DNA of 62,921 bases, filler included, from Octopus bimaculoides (Eukaryota): assembly GCF_001194135.2 (NCBI RefSeq). It is 6 parts of 6 records of this genome, joined end to end, with 100 filler letters (N's around TTAATTAATTAA, not from the genome) between each part and the next. Parts side by side here need not be neighbours in the genome. Positions count along the whole stretch, not along the records: positions 21,947 to 35,764 come from NC_068982.1; positions 35,865 to 53,543 come from NC_068984.1; 4 more parts are not named here. One strand, given 5' to 3'. Positions within the stretch are counted from its first letter, which is position 1. Each line of letters opens with the position of its first letter. The notes below the pieces were generated by a model. The model had not been told where the DNA came from, did no database searches, and saw only the letters and a list, made by a program, of their open reading frames with translations. Positions 26,011 to 38,757 of the stretch are shown here, one piece after another. A program made the position numbers and the translations under genes.

Positions 26011-27316
26011 AATAAAGGCTTAAATATTACGATATCAATATATATTTCTAAGGCAAAGTTTTAAACGGTACTTTTTATAACGGCATGAAACAATAATGGA
26101 TCAGATACCTAACAAATTATATAAACCACGAAATATTAGACAAAAGAAAAATAACAGCAGTATATAGATATATTTTAATTATAAATATATTAATAGAGTA
26201 AAATTGAAGAGAAAGACTGTTTAAATATAAAGCGGTTCAGAAAGATGTTATTGCATTTATAAGAACATATCAAAACACGGCGAAAATATCTACATTATAA
26301 ATGAAAAGAAAAAAAAATATAAGCTGTATAATTTTTACAATTACAGTTGTTACCAATAGGAATTTTAAAAGCCTTCTAGAAAACATTAGAACTGTTATGA
26401 TGCATATAATGTGATTCACAATTTAAAGAGAAATACACAAAAAAATCATTCTGATGGAAATTGAAAAGTATTTAAAAAATAAAACTTTTATCAAGTTACT
26501 TAAAGGAGGACGAAACTTACGTAACCTGATAGACTAAAATTAACTTTATTACGTATGAAGAAACATTTTGCAAAGGATTAAATGAGTGCTTATAAAGATA
26601 TTTTTCTGATAAAACTATGTTATTGTTAACTTTGTACAGTAAATATCTCAAATTTAGAGATTAAGTACCGACACAAAAATTGAACTCAAAAAGAAAATTG
26701 CGATTATAATCTTTATTTTTTTAATCTTCAATAAAGTATATTCGTGTCTGTCCTTATAATATTGTTTTATATGTTTAGTATTTATAAATTTATACATTCT
26801 TTGAAATACAAAATGAAAGTCAAGATAGAACATATCGCACTAAGCTTCTACTTGATCAAAGTGTAAAAAAGATTATGGTAAAAGTGTAATATACGAGATA
26901 TTTATTTGGAAAAAATACACCAGAAAGAAAAGGTGCAAAATAATTATGGCAAATAACTGATAAGTTTCAGTAAAACGAGGCATCCAATTTCATAAAATGC
27001 TATGAACACACTTACAAACACACATATCTCATACACACATAATTCATACATATGTTTATATACATATATGCATATAAATGTATGTATTTATGTGTGTATA
27101 TATACATATATATACATACATACATACATACGTACGTACATACATACGTACATACATAGATACATAATGTGTGTGTGTGTGTGTTTGTTTGTTTCCACGT
27201 AAAGTAATAGGCAGCAACAGTCATTAATTGTGAATCACTAAAGACATCTACGCACGGTATCATACATACACACACACGCACACACACACACACACATATA
27301 TATATTGTGTGGGTGC

Positions 27317-27357
<41 letters not shown>

Positions 27358-27429
27358 ACACAACATAACATACATATATGCATACATACATGCATACATG
27401 CATACATACATGCATACATACCAGGAGGT

Positions 27430-28840
27430 ACTCGATATGTATGTTCAAAAGGACTATGGAAGGTCAGACTGATGTACCACATTGGCTTGCTACAACAAGG
27501 ATAAATCTCGTTACCTAAACATTATGTACAAACTGTGCATAAATTGCCTCAACCAATTCCTCCAGGACTAATGTGAGTCGAACAACATTGTGACTGATGA
27601 ACAGGCTGGCGGAAAGGAGGGAGTGTGAGAATGTGCCGAACAACTTTTAATAAAGAAAGCTGTAATGTCTGAAGTAAGAAAGCAACGCAGAATCCTTGTG
27701 ACAGTATGGCTTGACTATAAGAAGGCATTCGACTCGATCCCTCATTCACGGCTGTTGAAGTGCCTACATCTGGAAAAGGTACCTACTACCTTAATTGCTG
27801 CTATAGAGAGACTCACAAGGACATGGGAAGCTATTCTTACCCTTACCACTGAGAACAGAATAATTGTTTCTAATAATACAGGCATTACAATGAGAATATT
27901 CCAGGGAGATAGTTTTTGTGTACTTCTTTTCGTTTTAGCACAGAATCCATTATCGTTCCTACTGTAGAAAACAAACGGTTACATGCTAGGATCTTCAACT
28001 ACCAGAAATATCAATGTAACTTATAATTTCTTTGCAGACGACCTCAAGATTTATGCTAAAAGTGTTAGCAATGCCAAAATACAACTGGAATTAATAACTT
28101 TTTTTTGCTGATATAAGCATAGAATTTGGCCAAAAGAAATGTTCATATTTGGTTATAGAACGAGGAAATTCAGTCCCTAAACCCAAAACCTGTGCACGGT
28201 CTCTCTATCTGCCACATTCCACACAAAGAATGTTACAGGTACCTAGACATAGACGAAAATGTATCATATGAAGGCATTATGAATAATGATAGAGTGACCT
28301 GAGAATATTACACCAGACGTAGGAAAATATGGCAGTCGGAACTCTCGTCTCACAACAAAACAATATCCTATAATGCATTTGCAGTACCAGTGCTGATCCC
28401 AACATTTGGGATACTTGATTGGTCTGTAGAGGAAATTCACTCTGTAGATATCAAAACCCGAAAAGTCCTGACAACTGGGAACTTCCGCAGAAACAGTAGT
28501 GTTGACAGCCTCTATCTAAGAAGAAATGAAGGCGGTAGAGGCCTGAGATCAGTGCAGACGGCCTTCGAATACCGTATGCTATCACTCAGCAGCACCTGAT
28601 AAACAACAGCAGCAAAAACAAATATATTTATGCAGTCCTGATAAGTGAAGTGAGTAACATTCTTGGCAGTGAACTCATCAAGAAACACTCTCTTCCTGAT
28701 GACCTCCTATACCATCCCAAAACAGCTGGGTTTTTTTACCTCAGGGAAGACCTGGATGGAAAGCACTCAGCAAACAAAAAAAAAGACTATTCATGGGTAT
28801 GTTGCCCGGAAGCTTGAAGATCTGCTCTTTATGGCTGGGA
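27430..28840 (+). mobile_element. R4/Dong-like (RLE-type) non-LTR retrotransposon RT region, decayed
   Basis: EQAGG, WLDYKKAFDSIPH, IFQGDS...LLFVL, FADDLKIY, NAFAVPVLIPTFG and LYLRRNEGGRGL; multiple stops and frameshifts. Confidence 0.85.
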
Positions 28841-29005
28841 TGTTATGCATCCTATTATATTGCATCAACTTTTGCAGTCTGGATCAGGTCAAGTATCTAC
28901 ATACATAAAGTGGTGTCCCACTAAAAATATTGAGTTCAGACAGTCATGCTGGTATTTTTTTTTTCCGCTTTGCTAGTGAATTGAGCTCTGCTACATTTGT
29001 CGTTT

Positions 29006-29179
29006 TTCTTTTATTCTTTTACTTGTTTCAATCATTTGACTGCGGCCATGCTGGTGCACTGCCTTCAGTCGAATAAATCTACCCCAGGACTTACTTTTTG
29101 TAAGGCTAATACTTATTTTATCGGACTCTTTTGCCGAACCGCTTTGTCAAGCGATGGTGGGTAACAAACAGACACACAA

Positions 29180-29242
<63 letters not shown>

Positions 29243-29398
29243 CGACGGGCTTCTTTCAGTTTCTGTCAACCAAATTCTTTAACAAGGCTTTGGTCGGCCC
29301 CTTGGCTATAGTAGAAGACAGTTGCCCAAGGTACCATGCAGTGGGACTGACCCCGAAACCATGTGGTTGGGAAGCAAGCTTCTTGCTACGCTGCCACG
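29006..29398 (-). mobile_element. SINE family A
   Basis: Same blocks as 7057-7470, with internal (TG)n. Confidence 0.85.
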
Positions 29399-31254
29399 AC
29401 TGTTAAATATTCGTAACAAAATAAATGAAAATATAAACGTAAAACTGTAGAAAAGAAAATATGCAAGAGAAATTATATGGGAAAGACAGAGCGAGACATG
29501 TTAAAGAAGGATTACACTGCATTAAGTTTAAAGAGAGGGAGGGATACTACATTTGCTAACATGGTGGGGATGTGTATAAACACATACACATATGCATACA
29601 CACCCACACAGTGATGTTGGCACCCACTCTCACCCTGACCCACGTACATCGCAAGAGTTTAGCCCTACGATTTAAGATCGGAAGATGAAGACAGTAAGAT
29701 CTATCATCACAGATCTAGGTTAATTTTTCTGGGATAATTTATATAAAATGTCCGTCTACTTTTAAAACAGTAGCGTATATTTTTTAAGAACAATTTGAGA
29801 AGATTGACTGAACGGAAATGCTCCTTTGGTAGGTCACCTCCGCCATCTGTATACAGTTATTCTTACTCAGACCGACGTTAGATTTAATGAAGCATTGCAC
29901 TCTTTTCTTTTAAGTGTAGTGCCTTGCTTAACACCACCGAATATCCTTTGGGCGCCTTTAAGTGAGTCCACTCTGTGGCAAGCATTCGGTCGAGGGTTCT
30001 AGTGCGCGTATAACTTCTTTCTTTCTCTATACCTTTCATACTCATACTATAAATGTGGCATAATAGATGATACCCTTCATTCGCAGTAATCGCCACTGAA
30101 ACTTCCTGAATGACATCATACCTATGAGAACGTAAACAAACCAACACTGGTTGCCAAGCGGTGATGGGAGACAAACATAGACACAAACACACACACGCAT
30201 AACATACACACACACAGGTTATATATACTTTTACTTTATTCTTTTACAAGTTTCAGTCATTTGACTGTGGCCATGCTTAAAGTGTTTATTCTATCAGTTT
30301 GTTTTGCAAAAACCAGCTGTCAACCTATGGTGGGACAAACACAAAAACACACAGAGCTAGCATATGTGTACACCATCTCTTACACTTCCAAATCAACGCC
30401 ACCGAGTGGTTGATTGTGGAACTTCTACAGATTTATATACAACTGGTAAGCCTAGTTCTGATTGTAATAGCTTTGAATGACGATGAATTAGATCGAAATT
30501 GCGATGTCTTCGATCGCAAGACCTGTATGTTTTATCTATGTATTATAATTATCTTATTATTTAATTAGTTGGTGTTATTGTTGTTTGTATTTCGTGCAAA
30601 GCCCAGACTAGGTAGAAATAGGTTCAAATACATACAACATTTGGCCTAATTAGGGCGCTTCATTCTTGATAGCATCATAGTGTGTGATTTGTTATTTCCA
30701 GCAGATCAAACAACTGCATATAATGGTCTTATACTTTCAATAGTATCAATCAGTGGACTGCGTCTAAGATTAGAACCGTCTCAAGTGATTTGCAGACGAT
30801 AATTTCAATCATCTACGGTTATGACTCTGACTGGTACTTTATTCTGTCGACGTGGGATCGAAAGCAGTCAAAAACAATCTGGGTGTGAAGGGTCATAACT
30901 GAGATAGGTCAATGTATGTATATCTCTTCGATTTTCCCATTATGCAAAAATATTGCATCACTAATATGTATGCATATGTGTGTGTGTGCGCGTGTGTGCG
31001 ACTATATATATATGTATATATATATATATATATATCAGCTAATATACACAGTGTTTTAATAAGAGCTACTAGTAGTTTCATGCCGTGGAAACACAATAGC
31101 TCAGCAGATTTATATAACATACCTTGTGACTCCAAGCACTCCTTCAGTTATTTAAATGTGTATATTAAAATATTTATCGCCCACTGGATGGAATATTTTT
31201 TTAGTTGGTCCTACCCATATCGAAACAGTAAGCAATATATGTATATGTATATAT

Positions 31255-31295
<41 letters not shown>

Positions 31296-31304
31296 AGAGG
31301 GAGT

Positions 31305-31335
<31 letters not shown>

Positions 31336-31609
31336 AGAGAGAGAGAGTAGAGAGAGAGAGAGTAGAGAGAGAGAGTAGAGAGAGAGAGAGAGAGAGTGTA
31401 GAGAGAGAGAGAGTAGAGAGAGAGAGAGAGTAGAGAGAGAGAGAGAGAGAGAGGGAGAGAGTAGAGAGAGAGTAGAGAGAGAGAGAGAAAGAGAGACATA
31501 CAGACAGACAGAGTGAAAGAGAGACATACAGACAGAGAGACAGACTCACAGGAAGGCCGACAGACAGGAAGGCAGGGCAGATAGACAGACAGAAAAACAG
31601 ACAGGCTGG

Positions 31610-31682
<73 letters not shown>
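31255..31682. repeat. Interrupted (AG)n, (GACA)n and (GATA)n repeats
   Basis: Seen directly. Confidence 0.9.
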
Positions 31683-31683
<1 letters not shown>

Positions 31684-32004
31684 TGAATGTGGGTCCTGTG
31701 CACATTGTGACATGCATATTAAGTTCCGAATACTTTGATGGATTCGAGGCTTTCGTAGAAGACAGGTGTCCAAGACGTTACTCATTGTAATCAACCTCGG
31801 AATAACATGGATATAAAAAAAAATTTCGTAATCACATAATGAAAATTTATTTTCGACCTAGGCTCACTATGTACTCTTATTAATTAATTAGTCTTTTGGT
31901 CTACAGTATTAATTACTCCATGATGTCTGGGGTTTGGTGTGCTGAATTCAATTCAAACTAGTGGGGCAGGGGGAATTAATGCATAATTATATTAATGTAG
32001 ATTT

Positions 32005-32377
32005 AGGGGCAGACATGGCTGTGTGGTTAAGAAGCTGAATTTCAGCCACGTGGTTTTACGTTCACTCTCGCAGTGCGGTACCTTAGGCAAGTGTCTTCTA
32101 CAGCTCTGATCCTACCAATGCCATATGGGTGATTTTGGAGAGGAGAAAACTGTGTGGAAACCTATCATACATATGTACGTCCACGCGAGCCTTTCTTTGT
32201 ACCTGTGTTAATCCCCACCACCATTTGACAGCAGGTGTTGGTTTGTTCATGCCGCCTTAATTTAGCGGTTCAGCAAAAGGTATCATGTAAATACAGCGGT
32301 CGATTTGTTCGACTAAACCCGTTGAGGCGGTACTCCCAGCAAAGCGGCATTCCAATCACTGAGACAAATAAAGGATA
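32005..32377 (+). mobile_element. Diverged SINE family A
   Basis: Head ggctgtgtggttaagaagct, CORE-like ccttaggcaagtgtcttc and a family A 3' half. Confidence 0.7.
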
Positions 32378-32400
32378 ATGAACAGATTGCAAAGTTAGTA

Positions 32401-32801
32401 TTGTTGTTGTTGTTGTTGTTGTAGGCACTCCGTCGCTTACGACGTCGAGGGTTCCTGTTGATCCGATCAACGGAACAGCCTGCTCATGAAATTAACGTGC
32501 AAGTGGCTAAGCACTCCACAGACACGTGTACCCTTAACGTAGTTCTCGGGGATATTCAGCGTGACACAGTGTGACAAGGCTGACCCTTTGAAATACAGGC
32601 ACAACAGAAACAAGAAGTAAGAGTGAGAGAAAGTTGTGGTGGGAGAGTACAGCAGGGCTCGCCACCATCCCCTGCCGGAGCCTCGTGGAGCTTTAGGTGT
32701 TTTCGCTCAATAAACACTCACAACGCCCAGTCTGGGAATCGAAACCGCGATCCTATGACCGCGAGTCCACTGCCCTAACCACTGAGCCATTGCGCCTCCA
32801 C
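32401..32801 (-). mobile_element. SINE family C, full length
   Basis: Perfect 12-bp TSD gcaaagttagta (32389-32400, 32802-32813); (AAC)n tail. Confidence 0.95.
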
Positions 32802-33598
32802 GCAAAGTTAGTATACGGATTAACGAACCTGACAAAATGGTGAAGAGTAAGAGACGACCGACATTAGAGCGTCGCTTTTTCCATAACTCATTCAGCTGGA
32901 AAAGAGTATAGCACATGACTCTTTTCAGGACCACATAGAATAGTGGAGAAAAGTGAGGGAAGGAACCGCGTATCAATTTAGTACTGATAAAAATAATGCA
33001 CCACGATATCAAGCTATCTTCAAGCCAGAGACCTGGAAATAATTGCTTGTAAAAGAGTTGACTCTTAGAGGCTTGCGGCAGTATCAGACCGAGCGACGAG
33101 TTATGTCAACTGCGAATAAAGGAAATAACTTAAAAGCGGAAAAGAATACATTAGAATGAAACGGGGAGAAAAAGATAAAAATGTATTAATTAATAAAGTG
33201 AAAAATGAAGAAAAGAAAAGAAAAAGAAGAAATGAAATGTTAGATCGAGACAAACACAGAGAGGATGAATGAATGAATGTAAAATTACAATGAAAAAGAA
33301 AAAGCAAATAAATAAATGGAAAAAGTATAAGGAAAATAAGAAAGACAAGGAAAGAAACATGGACAGAAAACCACAAAGACGTACAAACATATACATATGC
33401 AAGTGTGTATGTGTGTGTGTGCGTCTGTGTGTGCGTGCGTCTGTGTGGTGTGCGTGTGTGTATGTGTATGTGTGCGTTTGTGTGTGCATGTCTCTATGTA
33501 TTTATTAATATAATTGATATCTATAGAAAAACTAAAGACGAAGACAGGTGTATGAACAACAAGCGTGTTAGTTTAACGCTCTGGAAAAGTGAAAAAGT

Positions 33599-33630
33599 CT
33601 ATAACGTTTCGAGCCTACGCTCTTCAGCAT
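33599..33630 (-). ncRNA. Degenerate Penelope-type hammerhead-like motif
   Basis: Minus strand CTGAA-GAGC-gtag-GCTC-GAAACGTTA; the core spacing is non-canonical. Confidence 0.35.
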
Positions 33631-33647
33631 ATATATATAAGTAAAGA

Positions 33648-33845
33648 AAGGCGACGAACTAGCAGTATTTGTCGCCGAAAAATTACTTTGCGGCATTTCT
33701 CTTGACTTTACTTTTTGAGTTCAAATTCCGCCGTGGTCGGCATTGCCTTTCAGCGTTTCGGGGTCGATAAAATAAGTACCATTCGAAAACTGGAGTCTGT
33801 GTAAATCAACCGAAATTTTTGGCCTTCTGCAAAATTTGAAACCAG
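33648..33845 (+). mobile_element. SINE family B
   Basis: aaggcgacgaactagcag...ggggtcgataaaataagtacc...tttgaaacc. Confidence 0.8.
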
Positions 33846-33967
33846 TAGAATCATCTAGAAACAATGTCAAATAGAATGGTCCGGTATATGGACTGTTGAT
33901 ATTTAAATATGTATAATTAGATTTTAACTCCTAAGTTGGAAAGAGAAAATAAATTGCTATAGAACGT

Positions 33968-34347
33968 TGTTGACACTCCGTCGCTTACGACGTCGAGGGT
34001 TCCAGCTGATCCGATCAACGGAACAGCCTGCTCGTGAAATTAACGTGCAAGTGACTGAGCACTGCACAGACACGTGTACCCTTAACGTAGTTCTCGGGGA
34101 TATTCAGCGTGACACAGGGTGACAAGGCTGACCCTTTGAATTACAGGCACAACAGAAACAGGAAGTAAGAGTGAGAGAAAGTTGTGGTGAAAGAGTAGAG
34201 CAGGGTTCGCCACCACCCCCTGCCGGAGCCTCGTGGAGCTTTAGGTGTTTTCGCTCAATAAACAGTCACAACGCCCGGTCTGGAAATCGAAACCGCGATC
34301 CTATGACCGCGGGTCCGCTGCCCTAACCACTGGGCCATTGCGCCTCC
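33968..34347 (-). mobile_element. SINE family C
   Basis: TSD-like tgctatagaacgt/tgcaatagaacat (33955-33967, 34348-34360). Confidence 0.9.
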
Positions 34348-34488
34348 TGCAATAGAACATACAGAGCCTAAATAATTGATTGTAAACATGAGTGTCTCTG
34401 AGAGAGACATGACTGAGGAATGGGTGTAGAAATATCTGAATTTATGATAGGGTTGTGAGTGAGGGATATGAATGAGCGTGTACATTCA

Positions 34489-34838
34489 AAACGGTAGAAG
34501 AGTAGGGGCCGAAACCGGACACGGTTCCTCCTGATGATGTCTTCAGCTAACTGGATCCTAATCCACCAAGGGAAGGTATGTCGGAAGAAAGTAATTCAAC
34601 AACGCGCGTTGATGAACCGTAAGACGTGTGGCCAGAACCTCCTGGAAAATAACCATAGCAAGGGACATTCCACAGTTGAATTAGAACAGTCACAAACAGT
34701 GAAAGAAGACATGCACCCAACACCAGAGCTGATGACACCTCCGAAAGGGGGTGGCCTCGCCACGTCAAAACAGTAGAGGAGTAGGGGCCGAAACTGGACG
34801 TGGTTCCTCCTGATGATGTCTTGAGCTAACTGGATCCT
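34489..34838 (+). repeat. About 70-bp direct repeat with 278-bp spacing
   Basis: agtaggggccgaaac.ggac..ggttcctcctgatgatgtctt.agctaactggatccta at about 34501 and 34780. Confidence 0.85.
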
Positions 34839-35714
34839 ATAAAGGAGCTGTTGTGGTAGCAGACCACGAAACATGGNNNNNNNNNNNNNNNNNNNNNNNN
34901 NNNNNNNNNNNNNNNNNNNNNNNNNNNNNNNNNNNNNNNNNNNNNNNNNNNNNNNNNNNNNNNNNNNNNNNNNNNNNNNNNNNNNNNNNNNNNNNNNNNN
35001 NNNNNNNNNNNNNNNNNNNNNNNNNNNNNNNNNNNNNNNNNNNNNNNNNNNNNNNNNNNNNNNNNNNNNNNNNNNNNNNNNNNNNNNNNNNNNNNNNNNN
35101 NNNNNNNNNNNNNNNNNNNCATCATTACCAACACCGCCCTCACCATTGACATCACAATCATCACCAACAGTAACACTATCACTACGACATCCAACATCAT
35201 CATCCTCACCACCACCAACACCTCATCATAACCATCATCATCATTTCGAATATCACCGTCAACGTAACGATTGTCACATATCGCCGACACAACCACGTCA
35301 TCATCGTCGTCGTCATCACCCAATCATTACCAGCCACACTGTTTTTTTCCTTCATGATAACATGTATTTGACAGGTTTACAATATTTCTGCAATCTTCAG
35401 TTATCTCATCTGAAAAATTACAGGATATCTCGTTTTTTTTTTTTGTTCTTATTTCAATTTTGAATTTTTCGCTTTTCTTTGATTTGTTATTTTTTGGTAA
35501 AACAAGACAATTTTCATTAGAAAGACAAAAGATAGTTTAATATGTATGTATGTATGTATGTACACAGGCATGCTTATGTGGATGTACGTATGTACATATT
35601 TCAGGTATATATGCGACTAGATAGATAGATAAATAAATAAATAGATTGATAGATAGATAGATATAGATATACACATATATAAGTATAAATATATATATAT
35701 ACCTATGCATAAAT

Positions 35715-35764
<50 letters not shown>

Positions 35765-35864
35765 NNNNNNNNNNNNNNNNNNNNNNNNNNNNNNNNNNNN
35801 NNNNNNNNTTAATTAATTAANNNNNNNNNNNNNNNNNNNNNNNNNNNNNNNNNNNNNNNNNNNN

Positions 35865-36185
35865 GTGTTTGTCGGAGAAAATGTTTCAATCAAGATGGAA
35901 ATATGTCGCTCGAGAGTTGCGAGTGAAAAAGTCCAATTGAATACGCCATAGGTATCTTCGAAAGTGTCAGTGGTGGGATGGGGCTCGTGGGGTCGGAGCG
36001 TAACCCAGTCCCCCACTTCATCTGTCTATATTGTTTTGTGTGTTGTTTGTTGTAAACATTCGATTTTCGATTTTATTATATTTTTAATTGTTTCATATTT
36101 TTGTAACCCCATACGTGTTATCTGACCCCAATCAGATGTTTTGTCCCTTTCTTTGTTTGGCCCCTAGTGGGTAATAAAGAGATAT
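35865..36185 (+). mobile_element. Tx1-like LINE 3' end (ORF2 C-terminus plus 3' UTR)
   Basis: LSEKMFQSRWKYVAR resembles the C-terminus near 5090-5130 (RQVLSRESLKK); the UTR ends ggcccctagtgggtaataaaga. Confidence 0.55.
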
Positions 36186-36229
36186 AAATCCCCCAAAACA
36201 CAAAAGTCCTACCTGTAGTTGTACGTCAA

Positions 36230-36870
36230 AAATTCACGACGCTGGCATTCAGCGACGCTACAACAAGAGCGAAAAACAAACACGTCTGCTTGCTACTTGC
36301 CACACAGACACTCCTGCGAGCACGAAAGATTTTTGAAAGCCTTTCTGTGTTATTTTTAAAGCCCAGTTCATGTTTCAGCCCTTCTTGCAGATGGAAATGA
36401 ACATGTCGAAATATATGAAATGTTCTGAACAGACTATCCAACACATCTATTGAAAATCTGGCACTGATTCCCGTTAACACAGCTCTTATTCCCGCTTTTC
36501 TCGAAACCAGAGAAACTACAAGATAAATGTCTTTAATAAGGCACCAGGAGCAGGTTCAATTCCTGCTGAAATATACGTCGATGGTGGTGAAACACTCATT
36601 GAAAACTAAGATATTTTCTTTAATTTGCATTGCAAGTGCCATTCCCTAAGAATTCAAGGAAGTTACAATCATTCATCAGTACAAGAACAAAGGTGACAGA
36701 TGGTCGTGTAATAATCAAAGAGGTGTTTTATTTTTATCAAATGCCAGCATATTCCTGATTCACCTCATTCATCAGCTTACCAGTAACACACTTCTTTCCC
36801 ACAAATCACACTGTTGCTTCTATCATGAAAGAAGCATAACTGATGCTGTTTCTAATTATGATATACAGAC
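36230..36870 (+). mobile_element. RTE-clade LINE fragment (RT N-terminal region)
   Basis: KAPGAGSIPAEIYVDGG; EFKEVTIIHQYKNKGDRWSCNNQRG; SHCCF...RSITDAV. Confidence 0.7.
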
Positions 36871-37244
36871 CGTAGTAGAAAATTAAGACAAACAGAAGTA
36901 TGAATATTAAGTTTCTACGTATGTTTCCCCTTTGGAACCCAGCATTGAATTTAATGATATTAGGTCTCGGCAAAAGAATGCAATAAAAGGTTACCCAGAC
37001 GATCCATTGCAGTTAGGCAACTAAATGCACTTGGAACATCCAATGATGAATTCAAAATAAATGAAATAGTGAAACGTACGTAGGAACTAAATATTTATAC
37101 CAGTGTTTGTCTTAAGTTACTATTATACACACATATAACTACGAAGATTTACTCGTAGAAACACACACAAGTGGAAGACATGGAACTCTGATCCAGCCAC
37201 AAGAATAAGCAAATAGGCCCTTCTCACTTCCCTCTGTTTTACCC

Positions 37245-37512
37245 AACATGGCCATACTTAGAATCGATAATGTAAGTGGCTGTTACCTGCTCTACGACCT
37301 TAGTTCAATAGATATAGATATGGTAGCCATCAGCGGGACCAGAAATTCTGAGGCCCGAGTTTTTCCGTCCCCCATTGGTGACTACGAGGTGTAGACATAT
37401 TGGTTCGGCAGGCGAGGTCCCTATGCTGTTTCCGAAAAGTCAGGTTCTCGCGATACAGACTATTTTCTTGGTTCCAGAAGGTAAGCTGCTAGTACTGGAC
37501 GTGGCCAGGAAT
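37245..37512 (+). mobile_element. Tx1-like AP-endonuclease N-terminal fragment
   Basis: YLLYDLSSIDIDMVAISGTR and LVPEGKLLVLDV parallel the endonuclease at 41760-42060. Confidence 0.55.
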
Positions 37513-37884
37513 GAATGCCATATCCTCAGACCAGTGACAGTTAACACCAAAAAGGGCGGGATTCACAAATTTTTTCAGGTGTCTGGAAGTAAAAAAAAGA
37601 GAGGGTTGAAAAAACCTTGCAAACCTGCTCAGATTTTTCCAAACCACTGGATTTCTCGAATGTGTCAGCGTGGAATTGTCTACATTGACCACCAGTTTGT
37701 AATCTGTAGGAGCTAGAACACTACTACTAAATACAAATGATCATCAGCATTACCCACCCCGATCAGAACAGCCAGTTTATTCACTCAACAACACTCTACA
37801 AATTTTGGCCCACAATTATGAAGTCTGTTCTATCATAATCCCCACAACAATGGACCCTTCTTCTCTAATATTAATCACGACTCT

Positions 37885-38072
37885 AGGGCAGCGAGCTGGT
37901 AGAATCGTTAGAAAGCCGGCCAAAATGCTTAGCAGTATTTCGTTCATATTCACGTTCTGAGTTCAAATTCCGCCGAGGTCGACTTAGTCTTTCAACTTTT
38001 CGGGGTCGATGTAATCGACTTATCCTCCTCACCCGAACTTTCTGTCCTTGTGCCAAAATTTGAAACCATTAT
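37885..38072 (+). mobile_element. SINE family B
   Basis: ggcagcgagctggtagaatcgttag...ttgtgccaaaatttgaaacc. Confidence 0.85.
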
Positions 38073-38174
38073 TAATTCTATTCGGGTACCGACTCTGAAT
38101 GCTCAGTGATTTATATTTTACAGAATATTTTAATTTAAAAAGTAATAATCAACTTTACTTTAATAAAAACTGAC

Positions 38175-38757
38175 AGTCGGTAGAGAAAAGAGAACCACCA
38201 GCACTTCGGGCTACAGAAGGTATTCACCCACGCAAGGTGTTGTTATCTGTTTGGTGGGAACTTTTAAACCCAAACGAAACGATAAAAGAGGAGATCTACT
38301 GCGAGCAGCTTGAGCGGCTTAAGTCAGCGCTAGAAGAAAAACGACCATCTTTGGTTTGAAGACGAAAGGTGTTCTTCCATCAGGATAATGCTCGGCCACA
38401 TACAGCGAAGATGACATTCCAAAGGCTGCAACAGTCTGAATGGGAGCGATGCCCCAACCACCATATTCGCCAGACACTGTTGCATCTGATTATCATTTAT
38501 TCCACAATCTTCAAAACCATTTGGACGGAAAAAATAAGAATTCTGTAGACAAGGTCAGAACGGTACTGAAGGAGTACTTTTCATCATGGACAAGTGACTT
38601 TTGCGAGAGGGGCCTCATAAGTCAACCAGAGAAATGGAAGAACATTGTAGGAAATGAAGGAGAGTATATTTTAGATTAAAAAAGAACTTTGTTTATCTTA
38701 ATTTTGAAAATAAAAGAAGTATAAAAAAAAACGCATTATTTATGGGATGACTCAATA
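38175..38757 (+). mobile_element. Mariner transposase 3' fragment with 3' TIR and TA
   Basis: IHPRKVLLSVWW, FHQDNARPHTA, PPYSPDTVASDYHLF; ends cgcattatttatgggatgactcaa-ta. Confidence 0.9.

Noticed and set aside
26030-26940. A-rich strand-biased region resembling decayed viral or TE coding sequence
   Set aside because: No ORF of 60 aa or more and no motif.
30470-30520. Hammerhead-like tgacgatg...gatcGAAA with a ttgcgat/atcgcaa hairpin
   Set aside because: The core lacks CUGA and there is no A15.1-U16.1 pair or NUH triplet.
32700-32801. tRNA-like heads of SINE families C and D
   Set aside because: A/B-box-like motifs are present, but there is no closed cloverleaf or acceptor stem and the sequence continues into a SINE body; not called as tRNA.
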